Shown here: in pieces, positions 12,326 to 28,520 of the stretch
How positions within the stretch are numbered: position 1 is the stretch's first letter
Layout: each line of letters opens with the position of its first letter
Assembly: GCF_009914755.1 (NCBI RefSeq)
Contig: NC_060926.1
DNA length: 64,000 nt
Direction: 5' to 3' (one strand)
DNA from: the human T2T-CHM13v2.0 reference genome, Homo sapiens
The notes under the pieces: model-generated
Told to the model about the DNA's origin: nothing
The model's input: the letters and a program-made list of their open reading frames with translations, nothing else
The model's database searches: none
Position numbers and translations under genes: made by a program

Positions 12326-15039
12326 CTTGACTTGTGTTTCAATATTCTCATCTGCAAAATGGAAAATAAATTTGCCCTGGGAGCTTCCAGGGCAATGGCG
12401 TCATACAGGGAGAGGGCTTTCAGGAGAATTATGAGTCAGAACATTTTATGTCATCTATCAGCCTCTTTCATTTTATCAATTCTGATCACTTTGTCATCCT
12501 ACCCATTCAGAATACTACAGACTTATGTAGCTTTGTCAACAAGGTTTTCTAAATCACGCCATTAAAGTACTAGATTATGTATTCCTTTTGGTCTCTATAT
12601 AACTTTTTAATTTACCCTGCACTCTCATAGGGAAGATTCTACCTAAAATGAAGTAAAGCTCAAGTTGGGAATAACAATGGAGGATGCATGAATCAGATGG
12701 GTTATGGGTTATGGTATTAAAAGTACAAAGCTTCAAGATGGCAGGGGCAATAGAAACAGCATATTTAGTCTTGGAACTGAAGTGCAGCATAAGATGAAGA
12801 AAGAAGAGCATCAAACGGTCTGCATTCCTCAGTACCCCAGAAATTCTTCTCTTCCCTTGGGATTCCAACTTACCCTCTGGTTAGCCTGCCTTCTTCCCAC
12901 TCTTTGAAAATTATGACAACCACTATTCCTAGCACTATAAAATATCAAATATGTAAGGAACATAAGAATTCATACAATCCAGTCATCCATCAAAGGTAAG
13001 AATCTTCTCAAGCACAGTGACGTTACTAAGACAGCACCTAGTTTTACCCTAAGCCAAATATCATCTTACAATTTCCTAAGCTCATGGTGTAGGACTTCAC
13101 ATTATCAGAGACTCTTTCAGAATCCTCTATTTGAGAATCATCTGAAGCTTTCGTTCACCAGGATAATTTATTCCCCATCCAGCCATGAGCAGGATAAACT
13201 GCCACTGCCTTGTCTTTTGCTGCAGTTTTCCAGACACTCCAGATCCATGTGGCAAGGGCCCATATAGCCAAGCTACCTCAGCTTTGAAATAAATGATGTG
13301 AACCCTGGTGCCAACTGTGTGAGTAAAGTTCAAAGATTTATGCTATCTTTTAAAATTCAGCCAACTCCTGTGCACAAGAAAAAAAAATCAATTGTTGGAC
13401 CTCCTTTGTTCTCCAAAAAAATCAATCATGGTTCTTGCCAATGACCCCATTACCCTCTGGATGCCAGGGTCCCTCCTTCACATCCCCATTGCATGTTGAC
13501 ATCAGCCGTATTGCACTGCATTTCCATAAGCCTTCTGTCGTGGTTCAAGATTGAAACCACCTTTTATAGTCTCTTCTCTTGTTAGCATCCTTAGATCCCT
13601 ATTACTTTTCCCCAAAATAACTGTAAATGTGTGAACTAATTAGCTTAAGAGCACAAGCTCCCTTAATGCCTTCGGAATCCTGCCATCCAACACTGATTTC
13701 TCTATGTTCCGAGCTGCAAAATAGCCCCTCACTTGGTTTTGGTTTAATTATTCTTCAAGGTCATCCCTGTGCCACTTCCGTTCATGATTCTTTTCTTCTC
13801 TGCTTCTGTTTTTAAGAGGATTTTTAAATAGGTTCGGCAGCTCAGCCGTTTTTGAGTCATTACTAGCTTCAATCCCCTCTCGCACTTATTACTTGGCCTA
13901 TTTTTTTCTCCAGCCTCGCCTCTTTCTCTGCTATATTTGCAAGAGTGTTTCTGATTCTCTCTAAGCCCTTTGTCAGGTTGGAATTGTTCTGTGTTTAGGA
14001 GGCCTGTATCTTTTCCCTTCAGTTTGAACTGATGGTACGTGGCCTGGATTTGATAATTGGTCTTCCCCTCTTTGGTTTACAGCACAGATGGGTTTCTTCC
14101 TTCAGCTTCTGATTGCTCCATCAGGACTGAACTGATTGTTCCCTGGATCTTCAGGATGTTCACTGGATAGGCAGGAGCCCCAGGAAGACAAGCTTCCCTG
14201 CCTGTGGGTTGTTCAACAGCACCTGGCCTTCAGGAATTCCATGCCATCTACTGATTTATTTCCATGTTCAACTTTGGCAGAAACCAGAATCCTAAGGTGA
14301 GGATAATAAAACAAATGCAACAATTATCATAATAATGTTACCTCCCACTGGAGAGCATTGTAGGCCTTTCGAGCACTTTCCTATAAATTATCCAATTTAG
14401 AAGACATTGCATAACACACTTTATTTTTTGCTTTCTTCTAATTATTATTCTAATTATTTTCTATTTTCTTCCCAATTATAATTTCTCTTTCCCACTCATT
14501 TTGCATTTTTAAGCATTACCTTAAGGAACTATAGGATGCACTTCAGCGATGGATCCACATCAGAGGCTTTTGATCTTTTTGAAGTAACAGCACACAAAGC
14601 TCATACTCTAGCCAAGGTCTACATCTTACCAGGCATGTGGAGGGATCCTCAGAATGTCTCCCAAATGAGCACACCCAACGGAAACTGGGGAAATGCTACA
14701 ACTCAGAGGCATCCAGGAGACCCAAACATTGTGTGGTAATTCCAACACCAGGCTCTGAACAGCACCGCTTCCCAGACATCCCAGTTGGAATGGAAATGGG
14801 CTCTTAATTGAGGATAAGGCCTAGACAGGGTTTCAGTTGGAATTGCGTCTGCCGAATATGGGCTCCTGTGGATAAGGGGTCTGAGCAACCAATCAAAATA
14901 AAATACCATGCAGAGAGGGAGGAGAAAAAGGACACTCAAGGACACAGCAAGGCAGAAGGCCGAAAGGCCAAGAAAACAGGAGGTCTTCAGAAGTTTACCC
15001 CCAGGATAAACCAAGCAGAAGACTCTCCCCTCAAGACTT

Positions 15040-15272
15040 CCTGGGTTTAAATCTCATCTTCACCATTCACTAGCTATGTGGCCTTGGACAAATTACGTAA
15101 CAAATCTGTGCAAACCCATTTCTTCATCTATGTCAAATGGGGAGAATAATGGTACCTGCCTCACAGAGTGTCACAAGGATTAAATGACTTAATCCTTGCA
15201 ATATGCTTAGAAGAGTGTCTGGCACATGATAAAGTGCTATGTAAGTGTTCACTGCTGCTATTATTACTATTA
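15040..15272 (+). mobile_element. MIR SINE, near full length
   Basis: CCTGGGTTTAAATC..CTAGCTATGTGGCCTTGGACAAATTAC..GGATTAAATGA..GTCTGGCACAT. Confidence 0.9.
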
Positions 15273-18200
15273 TCTAAAGTATCAGGATTTTTCAAGGGTT
15301 TCTGGAGAAGGAGAAGAAAATCAATGAGACTATGGCAGACATGTAGAGAGAAACAGATTTTTGGGGCAGAGAGTTTGTGACCTAAAGCTTCTACCAGGCA
15401 AATATCGATAGCTAGTTCTAGGAAATAAAGACAGTCCCGGAAGATGGAGTCTTTTTCTTCTCTTTAAGTTACACACATTGTCTGACGTATGAGCTTCCAG
15501 GAATTTACAAACATTCCAGCAATAAACATCAAGCACTAGCATCTTCAATAGCAGGAATAAAAAGAACAATAAAGATAAATATCATCAGTGCTTATAAACT
15601 GTGGGGCAGATTTTCTACTATCATCATGGTTCAAAACTAGGAGACAGAAAAATTCTGGAGTCCTTTTTTTTATTTCAAATGTTTGATATGAAATTTCTTT
15701 ATGTTCTTATCTAGTTGCATATAACAAACTATGGATGCCTTTTCTCTTGTGAAGAAGGGCCCCAGGACAGACATGAAATGGGCGGGAGTTAGAGTTCAAG
15801 TTGCTGGACAGAGGTGGAGTGAAACTTGTTTTTTAAGCAACGATATCTGTTTTAGACATAAAGTATTTTGGTGTAAAAGAAGTAGATATAAAAATTGCTT
15901 GTCTTAGAAAAAAAAAGTAAGCACAGCTTCTGTGATGTGGTAATAACATAGAGGACTAAATATTTGGCCCTTCAAATTCCCTAGTCTTCATTTCAGCCTG
16001 GCTAGAAGGGGAGATTGAAGCCACATTCCCAGAACTGTCATATTTATCGGCAGTGATAAATTTGGCAGAGTCTGAAGAATGCTTCTGCACTTACTTTAGC
16101 AGCAAAGACTCAGAAAATGGGCAATTGCTTTCCCAACATGAAAAAAGCATCCTGGAGCTGAGCAATTGATTGAAAAAGATGAGACTAGCCTACCAAAGAT
16201 GAGAACTCTGGGAGATCATTCACGTTCAGAGAAAGAATTCCAGCGTGGCTAAGAAAGGCAAGCTGACTAGTACAATGAAAGGAACTGAGTAGCCTGCATA
16301 CTGCAAATAGAGGGAGTATGGCTCATGGTGAATTTTTTTTATTTTTTCCATTACTTAGAAGACTGGAATCAAACTGTGTATCTTGGAATTCTACTGGTCT
16401 ACAAATCCATCTCAGAATCTCTGGGTTTGGTTTTGCTTTTCTAAGGTCCAAGAAAGACCACTCTTGGTTTGAAAAAAGAGATTGTGTCAAACTATTTTAG
16501 TCCAATCCACTGAGAAATCAGATTTTCCAAAAATATTTCAATTAGATTTGTATCCCTGTAACCCTTTGACCCTAACAACAAAGTCTAGGAGCTGTAAATT
16601 ATGAGTCTGCCAAACAGATTAAGGAAGGATCTCTAATAAGAGCAAGAAGGACTGATGGCTTGGTAAGGCAGGTGAGGAAGGAAATGCATATGCTATTCAG
16701 TGGGTCAATGAGTTTTTGAGGATGTTTGCCTTCTACAGATGTAAACCACACTGTGAGTGGCTCCATTCCACATCCTGATTGATAGACTACCTGAGCCATC
16801 ATCCATTTCGACTCTACGCAAACTTGGCTAGGCCACATAGCTAACCCGAGCTCTACAAATGTGAAGTCCTGTTGGCAATACTTTTCTCCCCCTTGTTTAT
16901 TATTATGTGTTGACATCCAGAGAGATTCTCAGTCAGGTCCTGAAGACTTCAGATTTTCACAATATTACAATTTCAGCAAGCTGAATGTTCAAAAATGGAA
17001 ATTGGACAGACTTATCAACTTTAATCGACCATTAGAGCATCGGAGCCTGAAGGCACAGTGTTTAACAGTTGGAATGGGGTGGTCAAGTAAAATGCTGTCT
17101 CTTTCATTTGGAATCTGGGAATAAAGCCAACCCAGATAAAAAGGGAAAAAAAAGCCATTACTTTGACAGCTGTGGCAGAGCACGAGGATCAGTGTTACAA
17201 AGGAGGCCGAGATGCAAATAGTGCAATGCATTTGGGCAAGGTTTGTCTCCTGAATTCTGGCTTTGCAGATTTTGTGCATAATGGAGATAAATAAGCAAAG
17301 GAATAAGATACTGACCTACCAGAATGAAGGCTATTATCTGATAACAAAATTGGGGCCTGTGACATCATATTGTATTGCCAGACTTGGCCTCAATATGTCA
17401 TCACCTTTCTGTGTAGCAATTGCTGCCTTCTCAAAGAGGCAAATAATTTGCTACCTTGGTTCTGCTTCTCTGCTTCAGCCCCTGGGCATGGTACACTGTG
17501 AATGCTTTAGAGGAGGATTCTGGAATTAAGGTTTTTAATTACACCTGACATTAGTGAGCTTTCACCTCTTGGCAGCCATCTTGTTAAAATCACCCATGGG
17601 AGCAGAAGTTGTTTTACTGGAAGTTAAGGCTCCTTTCCCCTTGATGCCTCTGTTGGCCATGCCACAGATTCCTTCCCGACACCATTTACTCTGCTAATGT
17701 GATTTCGTACATTATGAACTTTCAGAATGTTAAACTGAACACAGTTTTTTCCTTTTAAACAAAATATATTGTTTATGTAAAAAGTCTAATGGCCCATAGC
17801 AATCCAATTTACATGTAAAGTACAAGATTTCCTATCAAATCAGTTTTATTACTTCACATATGAAAGATATTGAGCAGTGGTAGGTATATTGTATTTGTAT
17901 CAGGAAAATACAAGAACAGATTTATTGGGCCTGTGCTTAATAATATTAGAATCGATTATCCCAATGAGAGACAGACATCTATTCACTGTGGGGGGAAACA
18001 TTATTTCCACCACACTACTGATGCCCAGTAAACCTTTTCCCTCTTCACTTGATGAAATCACCATAGTTAAAGGGTTAATAAGGTTTCCTAAAGTGGCAAC
18101 ATTAACTCTCTGTCAGCCACAAGGGAATATTGTTGATACCACTTAAAATTTATTAAGCATGTTTGGTTTGCTGGGCATTATACCAAACCCATAAAACATA

Positions 18201-18573
18201 AGATATTTTATCATCGGTTGCTTTGTATGCTAATATTTATATGCACTCAGAAACTAGATTTAATCTTTCTTGTATTTTCTACATTATGGAAACCCCAAAC
18301 CTATTTTTCTTTATATTTCAATTTATCTTTCCTGTTATTCCAATCATTAGATGATCTCTTTGTGAAGTAACCTGTACTCTCATAAATGATCATCTATCTG
18401 TAATATTTTAGGAAAGAGCAAATAACTTTTTTATTAACCTGGAAAGCTATTCTATAAGCACTCCTATTAAGAAAGAAGAGCCAACTCTTTTGAATGTTCC
18501 TAATAGATTATCTTGATGGCCCCTTTCCTTTTACAATAAATTTCCATTTAATATGATTGAAAACACCAATTTA

Positions 18574-20665
<2,092 letters not shown>

Positions 20666-21752
20666 TTACATCACATACATGAGATGGGAATAAAGCATAG
20701 TCTTTATTTAACAAAAACTAAAAGTAGGAGTCAATGCTATGAGGGATACACAATAATATGAAATGGAACTAATACAAAAGTAAATTTTCTTATAATATCC
20801 TGCTAGAATTTTTCTCATACTTTTGGATACAAGATTTTTGCCTTATTAGTTTTCACTTGTAAACATTTTTTCCCATTTTTTCAAGGTTGGAAAGAGCTTT
20901 CCTTTCCACCCTAACTTGCTTCTTGGAGTGAAAGGTGGCCCCTAGCTGTCCAGGGCCTAGTTGATACGATTTTGCTTTTGGATTTAGTTAGAAGGCACAC
21001 GTTTTCCACAGCCTTCCACCCTCTGGGCATGCAAGCAAAGTTCAAACACAACATTGCAAGTAAGCAAAAGTAAATTGAACAGCTAAAACCTTCTTTCAGG
21101 GAAAGGCAAACAGATTAGTGAAGGCCAAACCACAGTATGATTCTTGCCTATGCCCCAAAGATAAGTCAGCCATACTCACTCTAGAGAGAAAGTGTGCATG
21201 TGTTGTGGGAGGATGTGAGTGTGTGGTATAGCCCACACATAATTTGCCCTTCATGGGCCCTGCAAAATATGGCCTGTGATATGGATTAGTTCTAAAATCA
21301 TTGATACTAGTCCTGTCTCCCTTCAGCAGGAAAAGAATATTTAGCCAAAATAGTTAGTTTATGTTTTAAAAAAATATTTCCTACACAAGAAATCTTTCCC
21401 CTTCCCAATCCCTTCCCCTCTCCCAGATTCCCAAGTCTAGACTTAGCTATCAAATCCAACTTTTGCCACCATGGGTACGCACCAGGCAGTGAGGGAAAAG
21501 GAGCAACTGAACCTCTCCCCACACAGCAAGTGAGCCACCTGGGTCATAACTGCATGATGACTGGTCTCCAAAAATGGCAATATGCCTCCATCAAATAAAG
21601 GAGCACTCAGGTGGCCCTTTCTCTTCAGACTTCAGAGACTAGCATTCACAGGGGAGGGAGGCACACATCTAATCAGCTAATAGACTCACTTTCAGAGGCT
21701 CTCCTTATGCCTTGACAAGGAATTTACATTTTTAATGTGTTGCCATTTCTAC

Positions 21753-22062
21753 TTTTTTAATTTTTAAGTTCTGGAATACCTGTACAGGATGTGCAGGTTA
21801 GTTACATAGGTAAACATGTGCCATGGTGGTTTGCTGCACCTATTAATCCATTACCTAGATATTAAGCCCAGTATGCATTAGCTACTCTTCCTGGTGTTCC
21901 CCTTCCCCCAACCCCACCCCCTGAGAGGCCCCAGTGTGTGTTGTTCCCCTCCCTGTGTCCATGTGTTCTCATTGCTCACCTCCCACTTATAAGTGAGAAC
22001 ACGCGGTGTTTGGTTTTCTGTTTCTGCATTGGTTTGCTGAGGATAATAGCCTCCAGCTCCAT
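21753..22062 (-). mobile_element. L1PA 3'UTR fragment (about 310 bp)
   Basis: GTGCCATGGTGGTTTGCTGCACC..CCCACTTATAAGTGAGAAC. Confidence 0.93.
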
Positions 22063-23394
22063 TAGCTCCAGTCTCTTTTCTTGATCACCAACCCTTATGA
22101 GGCAAGCATCCATGGCACCTCACTTATCAGAAAATTAAAACAGCCCAAGAATTTGTGTTCCTCGGCCATTCTAGTCTGGTTCACGGTTCTTTATAGATCA
22201 CTGCTAATGTCCAAGCCAATGGGCTAGGCTTTGTAGGGGAGGCCAAGATGTAGGAAATACATTCTGCTTCCCTAAGAGTTCACAGACTCCTTGGGGAGGT
22301 AAGTTTCATATATGACGTAATTAGTAAATAACAAAAAGACCCGTGTGATTAAAACATTAAAACGTGAAGCCATTGAGGTTCAGGGAAACAAATATTTCAC
22401 TATCTCCACTATACTCCATTACCAAGGCATAAAAGTAGATTAGAATTTCTTGAAATATTTTCAGCGACAAATGAAATAATAAAAATTCTCTTTTCCTAGC
22501 CTATAAGCAGAAAAGTCAAATAATCATATCATGTTGGTACCTCATCATTCTGTTTACTTGATGGAGCAAAAAAAATATCAACAAAGCCACAATTTCTCTA
22601 TGAATCCGAGTATGTTTGGTTCCCACTTTGCTTTCTTTATTAACTCAGAATGCTTTTTTTAAAAGAAAGAATGTTATACACCTGTTGTATTTTAGCCCTT
22701 TAAATGTATCTGACAAGTCCATGTCAGCTGTTAGGCAGTTAGGAGAAACCATAAAAAAGCAACCCTCCCAGGACATCTCCGGGCTCCCTTTAGCCTGCCA
22801 GTGACAGTCATCCCACTCACTGGTTCACCAGTTCTGCTCCTCTTCCAGTCTCTTTGATGCCAAATCTTGGTGCTGCATCTATCAGGTTCCTTGGATTGGC
22901 CATATCACCCTTTCAGAGCACACCATCCCAGGAAAGACCCTTGCTTGCCTTGCTCCACCCAATACTCGCCCAGAAAACACAGCACTGCAAGACCCAAGGG
23001 TGATGGTTAGGGTCTAAGGGTCATCATAAGGGCCAAAGGTGTGAAAGTAAAAGACAACATTTGGAACTTTTTGATGCCAGGGTAGTATATATTGTAAAAC
23101 ATCTGTTTACCTGCATACAGCCCTCTCCCCCAACCCCAGTGACTGAGCTCTTCATGGTATGAGGCAAGGACTTTCTTAGCTCCTCATTCTAGCACAATGC
23201 TGGGAAAAATAACACACAAGTGGTTGCCTAATTAATTAATTAATCCATGCTCCAAGGTTAATTTACTCCCCCAAACAAAACTTTCATTTATTCCATGGTC
23301 TCGACTAGAGTTGAGAAGGAAAACAATCTAATTGAATTAATTCACTCAAAGGCATAAATTATTTAAAAAAAATACATCGTCCTGAAGTAGGACA

Positions 23395-23458
23395 ATGGTA
23401 TTTTTAAAAATCTCCCCAGGAGGTTTGCATGAGTAGACTGGGTTGAGAACTACTGGCA
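23395..23458. mobile_element. MER5-like hAT-Charlie fragment
   Basis: TTTTAAAAATCTCCCCAGG..GGGTTGAGAACTACTG terminus. Confidence 0.55.
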
Positions 23459-25816
23459 TAGAAAGTCCTGTGTGTTCTCGCCCTGCTTCTCTCTTCTGTT
23501 GCTTCTGCCGTCATCCACTCCATGCCTGCATGTGTCTGACTGTGCTACAATAGATGCACAGCTTGCCCTCCCACACCCCCACACCTCTCCACCATACTTG
23601 GAGAAATCAGAAGTAAGGGACCATATTACTGTCTCCCCAAGATTTTCCCATCACTATTCATATTTGCCTCCTGAATTATTTTTTCCTTAGAAATAGATGT
23701 CAGAAATTATGTTTCATTTGGAACAAGAGTTAAATCATCAGAGGAAAATACCATCTCTCCATAAGGAAACTACATCAGTAATACCTGGCAATCATGGGAA
23801 ATTTGATTAGACTAAATGAGAAGAAAATACAAAGATGTAGCAGCTCATCTCAGTGGTAAATAGATTTTGTTGGTGTTGATTTTCTTTATCTTTGGGGTGA
23901 AACCCATTTTCTAACTACAGAAAAAGATTTATCCTAGTTGCCAGAGCTGTGAAAGGGCGTCATAATATCCAACACCTTTCCCCATTGCATCCTCAACCTA
24001 TAGCATGAAATAGCCACACAATTTGGTAATGACTTAGGAGGTGCTGATGGTAGAGCTTAGAGTTCCATTCTGATGGATTCAAGTCTGACTCATCCTGCTG
24101 GATTTCAGTAATAGCAGAGGAGGTCTCAGTGACCAAATAGAGTGAGCTCAGGCAGTTTTCAAGTACATAAAAATGGATCTTGATCATGAAATCATCATAA
24201 TTGTATTTTCTGATGATGGAGCTGCTGTACCCATGACTCCATCTGAAATATTTAGGGCTTATTCATTTCAGATGATCCTGAAGCAGCCCCTCCACATACA
24301 TGCATTTTCCAAGCAATATTGATGTGGTAGGGGAAAAAGAGTTAGGGGTATTTATTAGGATTAATTAATACACGAGAGGAAAGAGATAGATGTGATTAAA
24401 CTAACTTCCCAGGTTCATCATAAATATTTTATTCATTTATGTGACTCTGCAATTCTATTTTTGTCCCTTAGAAAATAGCCCTAGATGTGAGGACTTGAAA
24501 CTTCCTATGAGTGAAAACAGGGTACAAGGATTCTTACAGCCAGGGCTGCGGCTGGAGACATGCAAAGAGGGGGCTATCTTTAGTCAGAAGATATGACACT
24601 TCCAAGGAAGGTAAGAAGGTCACACCATCACTGCATGCCTTGGGCCAACTCTGGCTCTCTGAAGACAACATAAGGTAAGAAAGGGGCATCAAAATGTTTC
24701 TATGTATCAAATGCATAGTTTACAGTAATATTTATGAAAACTCTCTTTTCAACTTCCTTCCAATCCCAAATATACTCCAGCAGCACACTCTTTAACTCCT
24801 CCCTAGAAAACTCTTCATCACCCAGCCGGAGCCTTGCTTTCTTCCTTTACTTCAGGGGCAGGGTGGGGGATTCTGGTAGAGACCATATCACTGTGCCCAT
24901 TGAGGTAGAGATCCTCTTGAGTTCTGGGGAAAGGGGAATGTCTGTGAACATGCAGGTCTCATGAATTTTATCCCATCATACACTCATAATGTACCCTTGT
25001 ATTTTAGATATTTTCCTGTTTTCTTAAATAAATTATAGATTACTTAAGGCAAGAACTATGTTGTATTAACCTTTAGTGCAATGTAGGTTTTCAATAATGG
25101 TTTGTGAAATGAAAGAATTAAAATATGTACAAATAAAAGTCAAAGATTAAAATTTGTATTTCATTAATTCTGCCTGCAAATACACACACTACACCCTCAA
25201 TTCATATTTTCTGATGATGATAAAATAGGAAGGCAAACCAATCCGAGTGAGGAGGCAAAGACCTGTGCGCTGTTCACAGAGGACTCACTGGTATTTTCTG
25301 CCTCTGCCACCCTTGCTTTCCCGTGCTGCCTTCAGTCCAAGCCAGTGGTGTCCTTCAGGGCAAGCCAATGGTGCTGATGCAAGGTCATGGAATTTATGAC
25401 AGGCAACTAGCTTCCTAGAGCATCTTCAGCTGAAACCAATGGTCCAGAAGGGTGTCTCTCAGCTGATGAATTTCCAAACAGTAGGAATTTCATCAATTTT
25501 CAAAACAGCATAACACTAAGGGTCTCAGGGGTTATTTATTTCACTCTAAGTCACCAAACATTCCTTTCTAAAGGATCTCCAGCAAGTACTGATGAGTTCT
25601 CACTACCCACAAAACATCCCAAGATTCTGCCACACAACTCTACATATTGTATAGTATTCCCTTGAGTTCTACCAAATCATTCACCATGAAATTTCTATCC
25701 AATAGTTCTAGTGCTGTTCTCTGGGGTTACACAGAAGCCTAACAGTCCCGACTGTTCTGTGACTCTTTTCTCATCGCTTCCATCAATTCATCATGGCATA
25801 TTCTGATGCTTCTCAT

Positions 25817-26335
25817 TGTCAAGAATTGCGAACATCTAAGATTTCACCCTGTTTTCAAGCTAACAAGTCAGCCTTTTCATTTCATAGATGCTGGCCAAAG
25901 ACACGAGACTCCTGGGTCAAAGAAAAAGGTCTTTGTTACTCATGGCACAGAAAGAAGCATGAGCTTCATGTTTGCATCAGTTCTTCTTGCTCTCCAAATC
26001 CCAAAGTAGGCAAGGTGGAGGTAGGCCAAGGTAAATTCTGTGAATCCAGTGAGTTTATGACACAGCTGAGGAAACCTGAGCTCAAGAGACCCCCAATATT
26101 ATAAGGGAGCTGCTAGAAAGCTTGCCCATCATTTTCCAAGAGGGAGACATCATCTTTATTATCCTGGTCATGAAACAAATCTGCCATTTTCTCCTAGAGT
26201 GATACTCTGTCCCCATCTTCAAAAGCTGTTGCAGATATATTATATCTTTGAAAAGCTGGTCCACAACAAAGCAATGCCTCTTGTTCAAAAGATGAGCACA
26301 AATGCAGGAGACGCCTGGAGAATTGTCTCCCAACA
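25817..26335 (-). mobile_element. Solo ERVL LTR (LTR40-like) inserted in a CR1/L3 remnant
   Basis: TG...CA termini; minus strand begins TGTTGGGAGACAATTCTCCA; about 520 bp. Confidence 0.7.
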
Positions 26336-26379
26336 TGTGTCTTCTTGATTTCCTTGACTCCTTTTCATACACCCAAGTT

Positions 26380-26560
26380 GAACAATGTATTTCTGTGCCA
26401 CCCAGAGCTGAGTGTCACTTTCTAGATGGGCTTGACCAGTGCAGAGGACAGAAGGACTGTCCCTTCCAAGGTCTGAACATGCACCTTTACTAATGCAGTC
26501 AACAATTACATTGTTGATTTTGGGACTCCATGGCTTTCACTGGGACTGAAAATGTTTCAT
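26380..26560 (-). mobile_element. CR1/L3 fragment
   Basis: CTTGACCAGTGCAGAGGACAGAAGGACT..TACTAATGCAG resembles L3. Confidence 0.5.
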
Positions 26561-26799
26561 TAGAGATGTATTACTTTGGAACTGCGGGCACAAAACCATT
26601 TCTCTGTCAAGGGAAAATGATCTAGGAAGGAAAGCACCATGTCAGGAATTATATAACTTCAGCATTGCTGTATTGGCCTGCGTGGAGGAAGCCCAGGAGG
26701 AAGGGGAGGAGACAAAAGTTCGCCCCAACCCTACAGTCTTTCAGTCAGATTGAGATTGCAGACAGCGAAACTTCTTGAGCTTCTTCCCCCTAACAGTAA

Positions 26800-27260
<461 letters not shown>

Positions 27261-28125
27261 TAAACATCATGATCCCTACACTCCAAAGAATTAATCAACT
27301 TGGTTCCACAGTTGCCTTTTTATTTTTCATTATCAACAACATCTTACAAGAAACTCATTTCAGCCACTGAAGTTTGTCATTTGAGTGCTACATACATATA
27401 TATAAAGGCGTATATACACATATAAATTCACATCAGCAGACACACCAGAAATGTGCTCGCTTCTACACAACGGCACATGGTATGGACTCTTCTCCCAACA
27501 CACACTCAGACGCACACCTCAGGACAACACAAAAATGGGCTCAAAGCACACAGCAGGCAGGGAGTAGTGTGTGCTAAGTACTGCCTGGTTGGAGCTGAGA
27601 ACACTTGCTGGGGTCAGGAGGGGAGGGGCGCATAGCACACAGTGAAACAGGAGGAGGTGTAGCATCTCCAGGCATGTCTTAAATATCCTGGACCAGATAT
27701 TGTTCTCATGGAGCCCCATGGGCAAAAGCTTCTCGAATAAGAGAGCGGGGCCAATTTGCTGAGCTTCCGTGGCAGGGCAGCACTTCAGATTAATTTGCTC
27801 TGATTGCTAACACAACACTGCAGCATAGGGCATCATCTTCTCATTTTGTAAATAAGAAAATCAAGGCCCAAATAAGGCCATATGACCATGTCATAAGGTT
27901 AGAAAGTGCCAAACCAGAGCTGATCTGAAGGCTGTTGATCCCAGCTCACACTACCACAGGAGGCTGCTCTGATCCCAGAGAACCTCTGAGGGAACCCCCA
28001 ACCTGCAACCCACACCTCAGCCTGCCCTTGCCCTACCACAGGCTGCAGCACATGTCCAGAGGAAAGCCCAGCTGTAGAGTAACACCCAGGCAAGCCCTGT
28101 AGGCTAACCGGGACACAGAGGAAGG

Positions 28126-28140
28126 CCGCCACCTGCTGCA
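28126..28140 (-). promoter_or_regulatory. Candidate CTCF motif (TGCAGCAGGTGGCGG) in a CpG-retaining patch
   Basis: Close to consensus CCASYAGRKGGCRS, one mismatch. Confidence 0.4.
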
Positions 28141-28319
28141 GACACTCCACGCCCTTTCCCACAGTGACACCGCCGGGTTTCCGTTATCCTACCTTAGCCG
28201 GCTGGCTCCCTTTCCTACTAGGTCAGGAACACAATGTCTAATTTACTTGGCTCACTTTTCGCCAGCGACTTATCAAGAGTCAAAATTGTGTCACAAAGAG
28301 TCACTCAGGAGAGCCAGAC

Positions 28320-28520
28320 TGAGTACAAGTCTCAGTCCCTCCATTTTCCAGTTGTGTAATTTCAAGTCTTTCTCAGCCTCTGCTTCCTCATCTGTAAAGT
28401 GGGAATAAGGGCAGAATCCACCTACTGGAGATCCTGGGCAGTTTGAATGGATTGATAATAAAACACACTTAGAGTAATACCTGGCCCACAGGGAGTACAA
28501 GATACATGCTAGTTCCTATT
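28320..28520 (+). mobile_element. MIR SINE
   Basis: TCTCAGCCTCTGCTTCCTCATCTGTAAAGTGGGAATAA core. Confidence 0.8.

Noticed and set aside
17358-17404. Imperfect hairpin GTGACATCATATTG..CAATATGTCATCAC as a pre-miRNA
   Set aside because: Short stem (11 of 14 pairs) with bulges; no miRNA I recognise
23619-24894. Shared 14-mer GACCATATYACTGT at 23619 and 24881
   Set aside because: Similarity does not clearly extend; compatible with chance
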